Source: Heterodontus francisci (Eukaryota). Taken from it: a DNA stretch of 64,000 bases. Of the stretch, positions 12,130 to 24,038 are shown piece after piece; the first letter of the stretch is position 1, and each line of letters opens with the position of its first letter. The stretch covers positions 18,665,408 through 18,729,407 of the forward strand of contig NC_090399.1 in the NCBI RefSeq assembly GCF_036365525.1. The letters run 5' to 3'. Under the pieces are notes generated by a model. That model had not been told where the DNA came from, made no database searches, and saw only the letters and a program-made list of their open reading frames with translations. The position numbers were made by a program, and so were the translations under genes.

Positions 12130-14270
12130 GTCTCGACTCTATATAATGGAAGGGACGTGGCAGGAGGGATGGGATTACTGGGGGCACAGCACTGCATAGT
12201 TGAAGGGAAGTGGGGCGGGGGATTTACTGGGGCACAGCTCTGAATAGTTGAAGGGAGGTGGAAGAGGGGATGGGATTGCTGGACGCACAGCTCTGCATAG
12301 TTGAAGGGAATGGGGGATGGCTTTACTGGGGCACAGCTCTGAAAAGATGAAGGGAGGTGGGAGAAGGTATGGGATTACTGGGGGCACAACTCTGCATAGT
12401 TGAAGGGAAGGGCGGGATTGCTTTACTGGGGCACAACTCTGCATTGCTGAAGGGAAGTGGGAGAAGGGATGGGATTACTGGGGGAACAGCTCTGCATTGC
12501 TGCAGGGAAGTGGGAGAAGGGATGGGGTCACTGGGGGCACAGCCCTGAATAGTTGAAGGCAGGTGGGAGACGGGATGGGATTATTGGGGACACAGCTCTG
12601 CATAGTTGAAAGGAGGCGTGAGGAGGGATGGGATTACCGGGGGCACTGCTCTGCATAGTTGAATGGAAGTGGGGTGTGTCGGGGGGGGGGGGGGAGGGAA
12701 TAACTTTCCTGAGGCACAGCTCTGAATATCTGAAGGGAGGTGGGAGAAGGCATGGGATTGCTGGGAGCACAGCTCTGTATAGTTGAAGGGAGGTGGAAGA
12801 AGGGTTGGGATTACCGGGGTCACAGCTCTGCATAGTTCAAGGGAGGTGGAAAAGGGATGGGATTACTGGGGGCATAGCTCTGCATAATTGAAGGGAAGTG
12901 GGGGGTGGCTTTACTGGGGCACAGCTCTGAATAGCTGAAGGGAGGTGGGAGAAGGGAGGGGTTACTGGGGGCACTGCTCTGCATAGTTGAAAGAAAGTAG
13001 GGGGATAGCTTTACTGGGGGCACAGCTCTGAATAGCTGACATGAGGTGGGAGAAGGGATGGGATCACTGGGGGCACAGTTCTGCAGGCATGAAGGGAGGT
13101 AGGAGTGGGGTTGGGAATACATAGGGGCACAGCTCTGAATTGCTAAAGGGAGGTGGAAGAGGGGATGAGATTACTGGGGCCACAGCTCTGTGTAGTTGAA
13201 GTAAGTGGGGGGGAGGGTGGCTTTACTGGAGACACAGCTCTGAATAGCTGAAGGGAGGTGGGAGAAGGGATGGGATTACTGGGGACACAGCTCTGCAGGC
13301 ATGAAAGGAGGTGGAAGAGGGGATGGGATTAATGGGGGCACCGCTCTGCGTAGTTGAAGGAAGTGGGGGCATGGATTTACTGGGGACAGAGCTCTGAATA
13401 GCTGAAGGGAGGTGGGAGAAGGGATGGGATTACTGGGGGCACAGCTCTGCAGGCATGAAAGGAGGTGGGAGTGGGGATGGGTTTACTGGGGCCCAACTCT
13501 GAATAGCTGAAGGGTGGTGGAAGAGGCGATGGGATTGCTGGGGCACAACACTGAGTAGTTGAAGGGTGGTGGAGGAAGGGATGTGGTTACTGGGGTCGCA
13601 GCTCTGTAGGCCTGAAGGGAGGTGGGAGTGAGGATGGGATTATTGGGGGCTCAGCTCTGCATTGTTGAATGGAGGTGGGGGTGGCATTCCTGGGGGCATA
13701 GCTCTGCATAGTTGAAGGGAGTTGGGGGTTGGGATTACTGGGGGCACAGCTCTGTAGACCTGAAGGGAGGTGGAAGAGGAGATGGGATTGCTGGGGCACA
13801 GCTCTAAATAGTTGAAGGGAAGTGGAAGAGGGGATGGGATTACTGGAGGCACAGCTCTGCGTAGTTGAAGGAAGTGGGGGCATGGATGTACTGGAGACAG
13901 AGCTCTGAATAGCTGAAGGGAGGTGGGAGAAGGGATGGGATTACTGGGGGCACAGCTCTGTAGACCTGACGGGAGGTGGAAGAAGAGATGGGATTACTGG
14001 GGGCACAGCTCTGAATAGTTGAAGGGAGGCGTGAGGAGGGCTGGGGGTACAGCTCTGCATAGTTGAAGGGAGTTGGGGGTGGCATTACTGGGGACATCGT
14101 TCTGCATAGTTGAAGGGAGTTAGCGGATGGTATTACTGGGGGCACAGCACTCCATAATTGAAAGGAGTTGGGGGATGGGATTACTGAGGGCACAGCTCTG
14201 CAGAGTTGAAGGGAGGTGGGGGGAAGTGTTAGTACTGGGGAAACAGCTCTGCAGGCATGAAGGGAGGTAT
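12130..14270. repeat. G-rich minisatellite, ~48-54-bp unit, about 40 copies, inside the Harbinger
   Basis: Unit gggattactgggggcacagctctg(c/a)atagttgaagggaggtgggagaagggat. Confidence 0.95.
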
Positions 14271-14599
14271 TGCGTACCCTCCCTTTGCAAACGGTGGTCA
14301 CTCTGCGCTATTTTTTGTTTGTGTGTGTGAAGGAGCAATGATATGCCAGTCACCCTGTATGTGGGGAGGGTGCCAGAAACGGTCGGAGTGTAAAGGTTAT
14401 TTGGCTGGTGGGGTCAATCGATGCAGCTGGTAGAATCTTTATGTAGTCAAGCTGTGCCACTTAGTGTGAGCTAAGATGGGAAATGCCATGCCACACCACA
14501 TAGTTGATCCATGAAATCACCTGATGTACCCGTCAACAACAATGCCTGCCCTGTTAGGAACTTTCAAGTAAGTGAAGGATACAGCATTATTTGTCACAT

Positions 14600-15420
14600 G
14601 GAGTTGGATATGGCTTATCCTAGATTGTGTGATCGGCTTCTCCAGAGGATCCATATGCACCGCAGGCAAAATCAACAGGCAGGTGCAGCCCACATAGAGC
14701 AGCAGCCCCCAAGGGGAGATCGCCTATATAGAACGCCGCACATCTACAGGTCCCACATGACATGCCAGCGGTTGTCAGAGCAGCAGTGTCAGAGGCGAAT
14801 GTGGATGTAGAGAGAGGTGGTGACATATCTCTGTGCCCTTCACAACGATGACCTACAGCTGACGGGTTTCGGTGGATATCCTTTGCCTGTGGTCCTCATA
14901 GTGATAGCTGTCTTAACCTTTACGACTCTGCATAATTTCAGGGGACCATTGTGGGGTCACACAGTTTTCGTGCACCACTGCATCAGGTAGGTCACCGATG
15001 CCCTGTACCGGAGGGCCGGTGAGTATGTCCGCTTCAGGGCAGACCCTAACAGCCAGATCCAGAAGGCCATCGGTTTCGGCAACATTGCTGGATAACCAAA
15101 GGTGCAAGGGGTAATAGACTGTCCCATGTGGCCATCAGGCCTCCCAACAGGGTACCAGCTGGAGACATAACGATTAAGGGATTCCTGTCAATCTTGGTAC
15201 AGCTGGTATGTGATCACTAGAGATGCTTCATGAAAATCTGCGCCCGCTTCTCAGGCAGCTGCCATGACGCCCGGATCCTGCGCCAGTTTCAGCTGCCAAT
15301 GCTGTTCACTGAACTGGCTCAAATGGAGGAGTGGCTTCTTGCAGGCAAGGGATACCCCTTGCAGACATGGCTCCTGACAAAACTGGGAGATGGCACCAAT
15401 GCTGCAGAGTTTTGAAGAAG
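14600..15420 (+). pseudogene. Harbinger (HARBI1-like DDE) transposase relic
   Basis: IYRSHMTCQRLSEQQCQRR, VQGVIDC, ICARFSGSCHDARIL and WLLAGKGYPLQTWLLT. Frameshifts and stops. Confidence 0.88.
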
Positions 15421-16948
15421 GTATAGCGATTGAACTTTTCACAGTGTTGTGTTGCCCATGCAGACTCATTTGAGTCACTGTGGTTTTTGGAAACGTTTGC
15501 AGCTGCTCCTTCAGGCTGTCACTTCTGCAGGAGAAGCCTGACTGGAAGAAGGCTGCTGATCACACTACCCTTTGGCTGTGGATGACTTTATTTGGCAGTT
15601 GTCAGGAAGCAGGTGCTTGTGCACTTTAAATAGCGACCCAGTACCTGCTACACATCTAAGCCAACATCCATCGTGGCTTCGGATGTCACGCCTCTCCCCA
15701 CATAATATGAGGGAGCGTCGCCGTGATGCGAATGAGTCCTCGTGTGAAATATCATGTGGGCTCAGCGGAGGCCGCTGTATACGGACAGACCGCCGATGAC
15801 AAAGCGCACCGCCATGAGTCGCAGTGCGCCAGTAAAACCCAGCCCATAAACTTTGTTTCTGTCCCCACAGATGCTGCCTGACCTGCTGAGTGTTTTCAAC
15901 ATTCTCCTGATTTGATCAGATTTACAGCAGTCTCAGTATTTTGTTTTTGCTCCAATGTTTAGGCCTGGATATTAACAGGTGTGAGTGACATAGCTGGGGA
16001 GCGGAGTTTCTGAGTTAAACTCCACAATCTGCCTCTTTTATCATTGACAGTATCCCCACCCTGACATCAGTCTGATTGACAGGACAAGCTTCCTGTCGGG
16101 CAGCGGCATTACTGGAGTTGGCCTCAGGACCAGGGAGTTCCTAACCATGACTCTGAGGCATGGGGGCCTGTCTGATACCGGGGGTGTCCAATCCCCAACT
16201 CCGGAGGCGGAGGGAGTGGAGACATCTCCGATCAGTGGGCTGTCCTGGGAGCGGTCTCCTATGCTGGAGCGTGGTCCATGTCCAGGGGAATGGGGAAGTG
16301 AGGGGAAGAGAAGGAGGGAGAAGGAGAGAGGATGTGGGAAGGGGAGGGGGAGGTGGAAAGGGATGGTGTCTGATTCCCAACCTCGGAATGGTGTGGTCTC
16401 CTATCCTGAAGCATTGTCCAATCCCGGGGGTGATCGAGCTCGGGTCGAGGTCTGATCTCAGCTGGATGCGATCCTGGGCGGAGTGTGATTCCGTGGGTAT
16501 TGATCTGGAGGTGTCTGTTTCTGACGGGGTTCAATCCCGGGTGTTTAGATCAGATTCCACGTGTACATCCATTACCAGGGTGGAGCGGGGCGGGAGGGGG
16601 GTTGGTGGTTGGTGGTGTTGTTATCTATCCCGAGGCGGGTCCGATCCCGGGGGAAGTGTTACATTCCGGGGAGTGGGTGTTGATGCTGAGGGTTTCTGAT
16701 CACCAATCCCCAGTGTCTTTGTATGGGCCGTGGAGTCTAATGGAGAAAGCCAGCCGGGCACAGTTAAACTTGGAAAACAGATGAAATCAGAGATTTCCAG
16801 ACTCATTAAAATATTTAAATTACCAACCTGCCTCTTGGGACTGGTTTCTGCCACTCTTCCTGTCCAGATTCCGTTCAACCCAGAAGTGGGCGAGTTGGGG
16901 CCGTGGTGAGATTTTTAAATATTAACCACCTACCCGCCCCCTTTCCAC

Positions 16949-19900
16949 TAAAGCCTGGCTTCCTGCCCGACCCAAACCCGACCGCTCCCACAACTGACTA
17001 TATGTGTCGGGTTCGGGGTCGGGTCGGGTCTGTATTCCGTGTCCAGCTTTCGTGTCCGGGTCTGGACTGTATTGCTTAGCTTTGGTAGTCTTCGTGCCAC
17101 TTGTCATGTCTGCTTATGTGAAAACCACAATATAAATACATATTATGTGTGAAAACGTAAGTGTGACATTTTTAAACCAAACTTTACTGTTATGATTTTT
17201 TAAAAATGTGGGAACACATGTTTTATATTTCCAGACTGGTGTTAAGTCTGGAATTTTTTATAAATTGCATTTAGAAACATCGAAAAAATAGGAGCAGAGT
17301 AGGCCATTCGGTCCTTCTAGCCTGCTCCGCCATTCATGGCTGATCATCCAAACTCAGTAACATGTTCCCGCCATCTCCCCATATCCCTTGATCCCATTAA
17401 CCCTAAGATCTATTATCTAACTCACAGGTATGTTGGCCTTCATAGTGAGCCGATTCGAGTACAGGAGCAGTGATGTCCTGCTGCAACAATACAGGGCCTT
17501 GTTGAGGTCACACCTGGAATATTGTCTGTAGTTTTGGTCTCCTTAGCTGAGGAAGGATGATCTTGCGACAGAGGGAGTGCAGCGAAGGTTTAACAGACTG
17601 ATTCCTGGGAGGGCGGAACTGACGTATGAGGAGAGATTGAGTCAGTTAGGATTAGATTCGATGGAGTTCAGAAGAGTAAGGGACGATCTCATAGAAACCT
17701 ATAAAATTCTAACAGGACTTTGCAGGGTAGATGCAGGAAGGATGTTCCTGATGGTGTGTGAGTCCAGAACCAGGGGTCATAGTCCAAGGATACGGAATAA
17801 ACCTTACAGGACTGAGATGAGGAGAAATTACTTCACCCAGAGAATGGTGAGCCTGTGGGATTCGTTACCACGGAAAGCAGTTGAGGCCAAAGTATTGCAT
17901 GTTTTCAAGAAGGAGTTAAATATAGCTCTTGGGCAAAAGGGATCAAAGGATACGGGGGAAAAGCGGGAACAGGTTACTGAGTTGAATGATCAGCCATGAT
18001 CATAATGAATGGCGGAGCAAGCTCAAAGGGCCGAATGGCCTACTCCTGCTCCTATGTTCTGTGTTTCTATGTAACTCTTTCTTGAATATATTTAATGATT
18101 TGGCCTCAACTGCTTTCCTTGGTAGAGAATTCCACAGGTTCACTGCTATCTGGGTGGAGAAATCACTCCTCATCCCGGTCCTAAATGGCTTACCCCTTAT
18201 CCTTAGACTGTGGCCCCTGGTCCTGGACACCCCCGCCATCGGGAAAATCCTTCCTGCATCTAGTCTGCCCAGTCCTGTTAGAATTTTGTAGGTTTCTATG
18301 GCAATTCTTTTTAAAATGACTTTAGTGTATGAAATTCAATAATACAAATTAGAGGCTGCCTTCTCTGCCCAAAGGAAACCCAGTCGTAGATTGTAAGGTC
18401 AAGTCATATTTCAGTTATAGTGGCTGCCAAAATGGTACGAAATTTACTGGATAATTTATGTAACAGTCATGTGAGTTAAAATTAGCCTCTAAGGGAATAC
18501 TAATGTTTCATTTCATACTTAACACATGCTTAAAATATAATTTATGAACTTTTTTTGTTTTAACGTTGCAAGTACAGACTTGGAAAAATAGCTGTAGTGC
18601 CCTGCCCAGACCACCCTGATTGTGAGCGTGTTGATGATTTGTCTGAACTGAAAAAAAAACACCAAAAATTTTCATGAATTAGCTCTGCCCGGTTTTTGAA
18701 AGAGGACAAAAACAAATTTGTCTACCACAGAATTCCATGATGGATTGCTTATGTAGAAAGCCATGTTGTAGCTGTTGTGTGGTGTCCATCTGGGAAGCTG
18801 CCACATTATGATTGAAAGTGAGTGCCATTCACCACAATAATGGATCTTGTGGACAAAATCCACTAGGAATTATGAGATAAACCAAACCACAGGATCCAAC
18901 TTAATTAATTCTCATTACTGAGTGGGTGAGAGACTAACTCATACTCAAGTTATCTTAGTTTTGAGAATCCAGTGTTTCAAATGCAAATATTAAAAATGAA
19001 AATGCATAGAGCCAATATTTATTGTATGTAGTCTAGACGTTAATTGGCATTGTGCACACTTTTTTCGTATATACGGGGTTGGGGGGCGGGGGCGGAGAGT
19101 AGCGTTGAATAATCACATTTTACCATCCAAGTTTAAATTCTAAATCTTCCACAGTATCGAATTAAAACACCCTGGCATATTAATCTGCCGTTGCTGGCTA
19201 TATTAATCAATCTAATAGCTTGTGTTCCTTGAATGAAGTATTCCTCTGATCCCAAAGGGCTGGTGACCTATTCCATGGAGTGAATAGAGAGTTAGCTATC
19301 TCTAGAAACATCGGTTCATGTCAAAACCATTTTGAAGACATTAGAAAGTGCATTTTTCCATCAAATGTAGATAATTTCAAACAAGCTATAATGGCTGTAG
19401 AAGTAATGTTGTTTGATTTTCAAAAGCAAGCCTTTGCCCCATTACTTGCCAACTGATTGTTTCACAGTAGCAGACAAGTAGCATTGCAGAGAGAAACCCA
19501 TCTATCAGCTTAACTAAAAGAAAAAGTAAATGAAACCACATACGTGTAGGAATAGGCACGATGTTAGGTGGTTCTTTTCCCAGAGAATGTAGAGCCTCTG
19601 GAATTCATTGTCAGCTGGTGCAGTGGGTGCTGACTTTCTCCGTGGCTTCAAGATGGAGCTCGATCAGTTCCTGACTGTGAGAAAGATTGCGTCATATAAA
19701 AGATAAGTTTCTTTACAGGTAACACGTGGTCCATGTAATCTCCTGGACACGTTTTTGACTGCCAGGGCAGCAGGACATTGGAGAGGAAATTTTTTGAGTT
19801 TTACCCCACATTAACCAGGATTTTTATGCTTTTGCCACTCCTAGTAGATTTAAATGTGATTTAAGGAGAGGGAAGAGGTGTTTAGCCATGATGGTCCAGC

Positions 19901-20469
19901 TATGTGTGGCGCGGTCTTGATGGGCCAGCTAGTCTTCCTGTGTCATTTCCATCGGTTTGTAAGCTAGAAATTTCCCTCTAAACCTACTGAAATTGTACAG
20001 GGAGCCGAATGCAACAAATTCTACAAGTATCTCCTTCCTCAATATTGTAGAGGAAGAACTAAGTAGCAGAGGATCTAAAATAGACAAAAGTTGGTTATTC
20101 TCTCTGACAGCACCATGTCTGGGTTCCTGAACTGTCTGCTAATGCAAGAATAATGTTGGTGGCTTATCCTCACACTTGTTGACTTATCTGGTCTACCTTA
20201 GGCAACCTAGCAAAGTTTGGGAACTCTCTGACACAGCACGACTGATTTGGATTTCCCAATTGCACTACTAATTGGCATTCCCATTAGCAGGTGCTATTGT
20301 TTTCTTTTTAATCTACAACTTTTTTTCTGTTTCAAGAATATGTTTGACATTTTCAGGTCGGTCGGGCATGAAACAAAATTAAAGGACTCGGGCCGGGGTT
20401 GGGTTTGGGTTGGCTGTTGTCGGGTCAGGCCCTGGTTGGGTTTTAATTTTACACCCAAGCCAGACTTTA
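16949..20469. mobile_element. Non-autonomous hAT-type DNA transposon
   Basis: 13-bp TIR TAAAGCCTGGCTT / AAGCCAGACTTTA (one mismatch), 8-bp TSD CTTTCCAC (16941-16948) / CTTTCGAC (20470-20477), and subterminal CCCGA/TCGGG repeats. Absent from the homologous position in genes B and C. Confidence 0.85.
17270..18300. mobile_element. CR1 3' fragments in both orientations, nested in the hAT element
   Basis: ORF 17577..17999 (+; QRRFNRLIPG...YEERL...RTRGHS) and ORF 18000..18239 (-). Confidence 0.85.
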
Positions 20470-20576
20470 CTTTCGACCTAATTTTGGTGCTAAACTCTTA
20501 CCCTTACTGTCTGGGTCATATAAGGAGAATGTTTGATCAGTAATTTCCAGTCTCTTTTCCTTTCTCTCTCTTACAG

Positions 20577-21487
20577 TTAATTTACTGGCGATTGTGATCC
20601 TGTCCCGGGCAAAGTGCGGACTCTCCACCTGCACCACTCGCTACCTGGTGGCCATGGCAACGGCGGATCTACTGGTCATTATCACTGATGTCATCCTGAG
20701 GCGGATCAGCTATTATTATTTCCCGGGATCTTTCCTGCGCATCACCCCTGTGTGTAGTGTTGTCACTGTCCTCCTTCGTGCAGCCATAGACTGTTCTGTC
20801 TGGTTCACCGTCACTTTCTCCTTTGATCGATTTGTGGTCATTTGTTGCCAGAAGCTAAAAACTAAATATTGCACTGAGAAAACTGCAGTTGTGGTTCTAG
20901 CAACAACCTGCATTTTGCTCTGTTTAAAAAATATCCCCGTCTACTTTATATATGAACCTGGAAAGATAATTGACAATGTACCATGGGGCTGTTATGTAAA
21001 GCCAAGCGTTTATACTGAGCCCGGATGGGTGGGAGTTGACTGGTTTGATACGATTTTAACCCCTTTTGTTCCATTTGCTTCAATTCTGTTGCTCAACGCT
21101 CTGACAGTCAGACACATTTTAGTAGCCAGTCGAGTCCGTAAGGAACTGAGGGGCCAGAGCAAGGGAGAGAATCGCAGTGACCCAGAGATGGAGAGCAGAA
21201 GGAAATCTGTGATTTTACTCTTCTGCATATCTGGCAGCTTCATACTTCTGTGGTTGTTAAGTATTATACATTTCTTATATTATAGCATTACAAGAACCAA
21301 TACCAGTGATTACAACAATTCTGAATTTATATTGCAACAAGTTGGATTTATGCTGCGGACTTTAAACTGCTGCACAAACACATTTATTTATGGGGTGACA
21401 CAGTCCAAGTTCAGTGAACAGTTCAGGAGTGCGGTGAAATATCCGGTTACATCAATTATTCAATTAATTCATAAACATAACAACTGA
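20577..21487 (+). CDS. GPR139-like: GPR139-like GPCR gene A, coding exon 2 (TM1 end to C-terminus)
   Basis: Pyrimidine tract with cttacag acceptor ending at 20576, then a 911-nt open exon. Class A motifs YLVAMATADLL, ECL1/ECL2 Cys, DRF, P in TM5, FILLW and NTFIY, arranged as in GPR139/GPR142. Confidence 0.93.
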
Positions 21488-21754
21488 GAGCAGCCGAAAG
21501 GTGGGCTCCCGTGCTTCCAGTCCATGAATGGGGGGGGGGGGGGGGGGGCGGGGCGGGAGGTGCACATCTGGACAAACCCAGCCGAGAGCATGGACTGGAA
21601 GACAGGACCTGGGCCGAGGGAAAGGGTCCAGGCTCGGCACAGGAGCCGACAGTCCTGGTGCCTCAGCCTGGTTGCTGCTCGGTTGGATAGGGCCGAAACA
21701 AAATCTGAAGCAGACACTCCCCAGACCAAAGGCACCCAGTAGATAGGGAGCGCA

Positions 21755-22452
21755 GCACTGTCGTAGGAACAGTAATGAGGAAGCACTACACTGTCGGAGC
21801 AGAAGTACTGAGGGACTGCTGCACTGTCAATGGGCAGAACTGAGGGAGTATGGTACTGTCCGAGGGTTAGTACTGAGGAAGGGCTGCACTGTTAGACGGT
21901 TAATACAGAGGGAGAGCTGCATGGTCGGAGGGGCAGTACTGAGGGAGAACTGAACTGGCGAGGGCCAGTATTGAGGGAGTACTGCACTGTTGAAGGGTCA
22001 GTACTGAGGGAGTGCTGCACTGTCGGAGTGTCAGTACTGAGGCATGGCTGCACTGTTGGGAGTGTTAGGACTGAGGGGCTGCTGCACTGTCTGAGGGTCA
22101 GTGCTGAGGGAGTGCTGCACTGTCTGAGGGTCAGTACTGAGGCATGGCTGCACTGTTGGGAGTGTTATAACTGAGGGGCTGCTGCACTGTCTGAGCGTCA
22201 GTGCTGAGGGAGTGCTGCACTGTCTGAGGGTCAGTACTGAGCGAGTGCTGCTCTATCGGAGGGTCAGTACAGAGGGAGTGCTGCACCATCGAAGGGTCAG
22301 TACTGACTGAGTGCTGCACTGTCTGAAGGTCAGTACTGAGCAAGTGCTGCTCTATTGGAGGGTCAGTTCTGAGGGAGTGCTGTACTGTCTGAGGGTCAGT
22401 ACCGAGCGAGTGCTGCTCTATCGGAGGGTTAGTACTGTGGGAGTGCTGCACA
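21755..22452. repeat. 33-bp minisatellite (about 21 copies) amplified from a DeuSINE segment
   Basis: Unit gtcagtactgagggagtgctgcactgtcggagg. Runs directly into DeuSINE-like sequence at 22452-22730. Confidence 0.9.
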
Positions 22453-23199
22453 ATTTATGGAACATTTTTTTGGATGAGAGTAATGCTGTCTCTTCTGTCG
22501 GTGGATGGTTAAGATTGCATGGTCATTATTGGAGGAAAAGGCGGGACAGAGTTTTCCCAGTGTCCTGGGGTCCAATATTTCTCCCACAAGCGCTATCACT
22601 AAAATGTGCATGATCTTTGCTCAGCTCTGGCATTGCTGTTAGGAATATTGTTGATCACTGCTGTGTTTTCCTCCATTCGGGCACTTCAGATGGGTTCTTT
22701 GGTATTTATGAAGCACCTTGGGAAAACCTATGGTGGTGAAAGTCGCTGTACTACTTTTTCTTCCAGCCATCTGGGTTCACAGACGTGTCTATACTGGATG
22801 CTGAATCAATCGAGGAAGAGGGGAACTGTCTCAGGTGTATAAGCTTCTTTGTCAGCAGGGAACTGAATATTTTCAGTGTCAGAACAAACCGTTTCTTTCC
22901 ATACAGCTTACAGAATGTGGAGCCCATGTTACAGATTGACATGTGTTTCAGATATTCCTCACTCTGTCCAGATGAGTATCAATGGCAGCCTGCTCGCAAC
23001 AAAACAACCAACCTGCATTTATATAGCGCCTTTAACGTATTTGAAACATGCCAAGTTGCTTCACAGGAACGTTGATCATAGAAACATTTACTACAAACCA
23101 CATGTCGGAAAATTAGGACAAGTGACGAAAAGCTAGTTCGAAAAGGTAGGTTATAGAGACGATCTTAAGGTCAAAGCTGGAAAGGTTCAGGACCTAAGG

Positions 23200-23760
23200 T
23201 CATCGACTCAAGTAGAAATAACAATCCTTGGGAATCATTGACTCGGGGGTGGGGGTGGGGCGGGGGGAACCACAAGCCTAGACATCATTGACTGAGGGGG
23301 AATCACAATCCCCAAGAACCATCGACAGAGATAGGAATCACAATCCCCGGGGATCATTGACTCAGGAGGGCACCATAATCCTATACATCATTGACTGAGG
23401 GTGGAGGTGGCGGGGGGGGGGGGGGGGGGGAAGGGATCACAATCCCCAGGGGCCATCGACAGAAGGGGAAATCACAATCACAGGGAGCAGTGACTGAGCC
23501 AGAGCTCACAGTTTTAGTGATCATCGAATCAGGAGGGCGGGGTGGGGGTGGAGGTTGTCGCAATCACAGAGGACCAAGGACTGAGTGGAGAAATCACAAC
23601 GCCCGAGGATCATCGACTGAGAGGGGCATCACAAACACCAGGCATCATCAACTCAGTGTGGAATCACAATCCCTAGGGATCATCGACTGAGCAGGGTATC
23701 AAAATCCCCAGGGATGATCGAGTAAGTGGGGAATCACAATCCTCGGGGACTATTGACTAT
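23200..23760. repeat. Degenerate ~35-bp minisatellite
   Basis: Recurrent gggatcatcgactgag...ggaatcacaatccc. Confidence 0.8.
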
Positions 23761-24038
23761 TTCTCCACAAACTTCTACATGCTGAAGCTATGGCACATTC
23801 CCTCTCCTGCCACCCCATGTGAACCCATGTTTTATTTGTTTAGTTAATTATTCCATGGACTTAATCAATTTAGTTTACAGTTATTTTAGTCTTTTAGCTG
23901 ATGCTATGTTCGAAAATTGGGTGAACTACTTAATGCGTGCACATCATGTAAAATACAAGGGAAAGATTTTAACTACTTATTTGTTGACGTTTAAGTTATC
24001 GGTCGATTAAATTAAATATTTTCTTACAACACAGCAGT

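Larger units (their letters stand above)
11726..15845 (+). mobile_element. PIF/Harbinger DNA transposon, internally deleted
   Basis: Imperfect TIRs GGGCTAAATTGTAC / GTAAAACCCAGCCC. The 3-bp flanks ttt and ata compare with att at the empty site in gene C. Carries a transposase relic. Confidence 0.85.
11440..15950 (+). mobile_element. Penelope-like terminal fragment (11440-11725 and 15846-15950), split by a Harbinger insertion
   Basis: ...ttctgatgaaaggttattgacctgaaac [insertion] aactttgtttctgtccccacagatgctgcctgacctgctgag. The uninterrupted paralogous copy is at 63650-64000 (-). The Penelope assignment rests on the hammerhead-like end motif only. Confidence 0.55.
15962..20503. mobile_element. 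Old Harbinger-type non-autonomous element shared by the introns of all three receptor genes (here split by a hAT insertion)
   Basis: TTA on both sides (15959-15961 and 20504-20506) with degenerate GGCCTGGATATT / AACTCTTACCC ends. Collinear with 49617-50160 and 60221-63639 in reverse complement. Confidence 0.65.

Noticed and set aside
12175-14353. Many Pro/Ser/Cys-rich ORFs (likewise at 10283-11058, 25714-26333 and 44577-45991)
   Set aside because: They are translations of minisatellites.
14600-15420. Host HARBI1 gene
   Set aside because: It is frameshifted, bounded by TIRs and present as a second decayed copy, so it is a transposon relic.
20577-21487. True GPR139 ortholog
   Set aside because: There are multiple divergent paralogs lacking GPR139 signatures such as WAPR and NFFLY. 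Family-level similarity only.
21755-22452. CRISPR-like appearance of the 33-bp repeat (also considered for the 28-bp and 52-bp arrays)
   Set aside because: Units are directly adjacent with no unique spacers, there are no cas genes, and the context is vertebrate.
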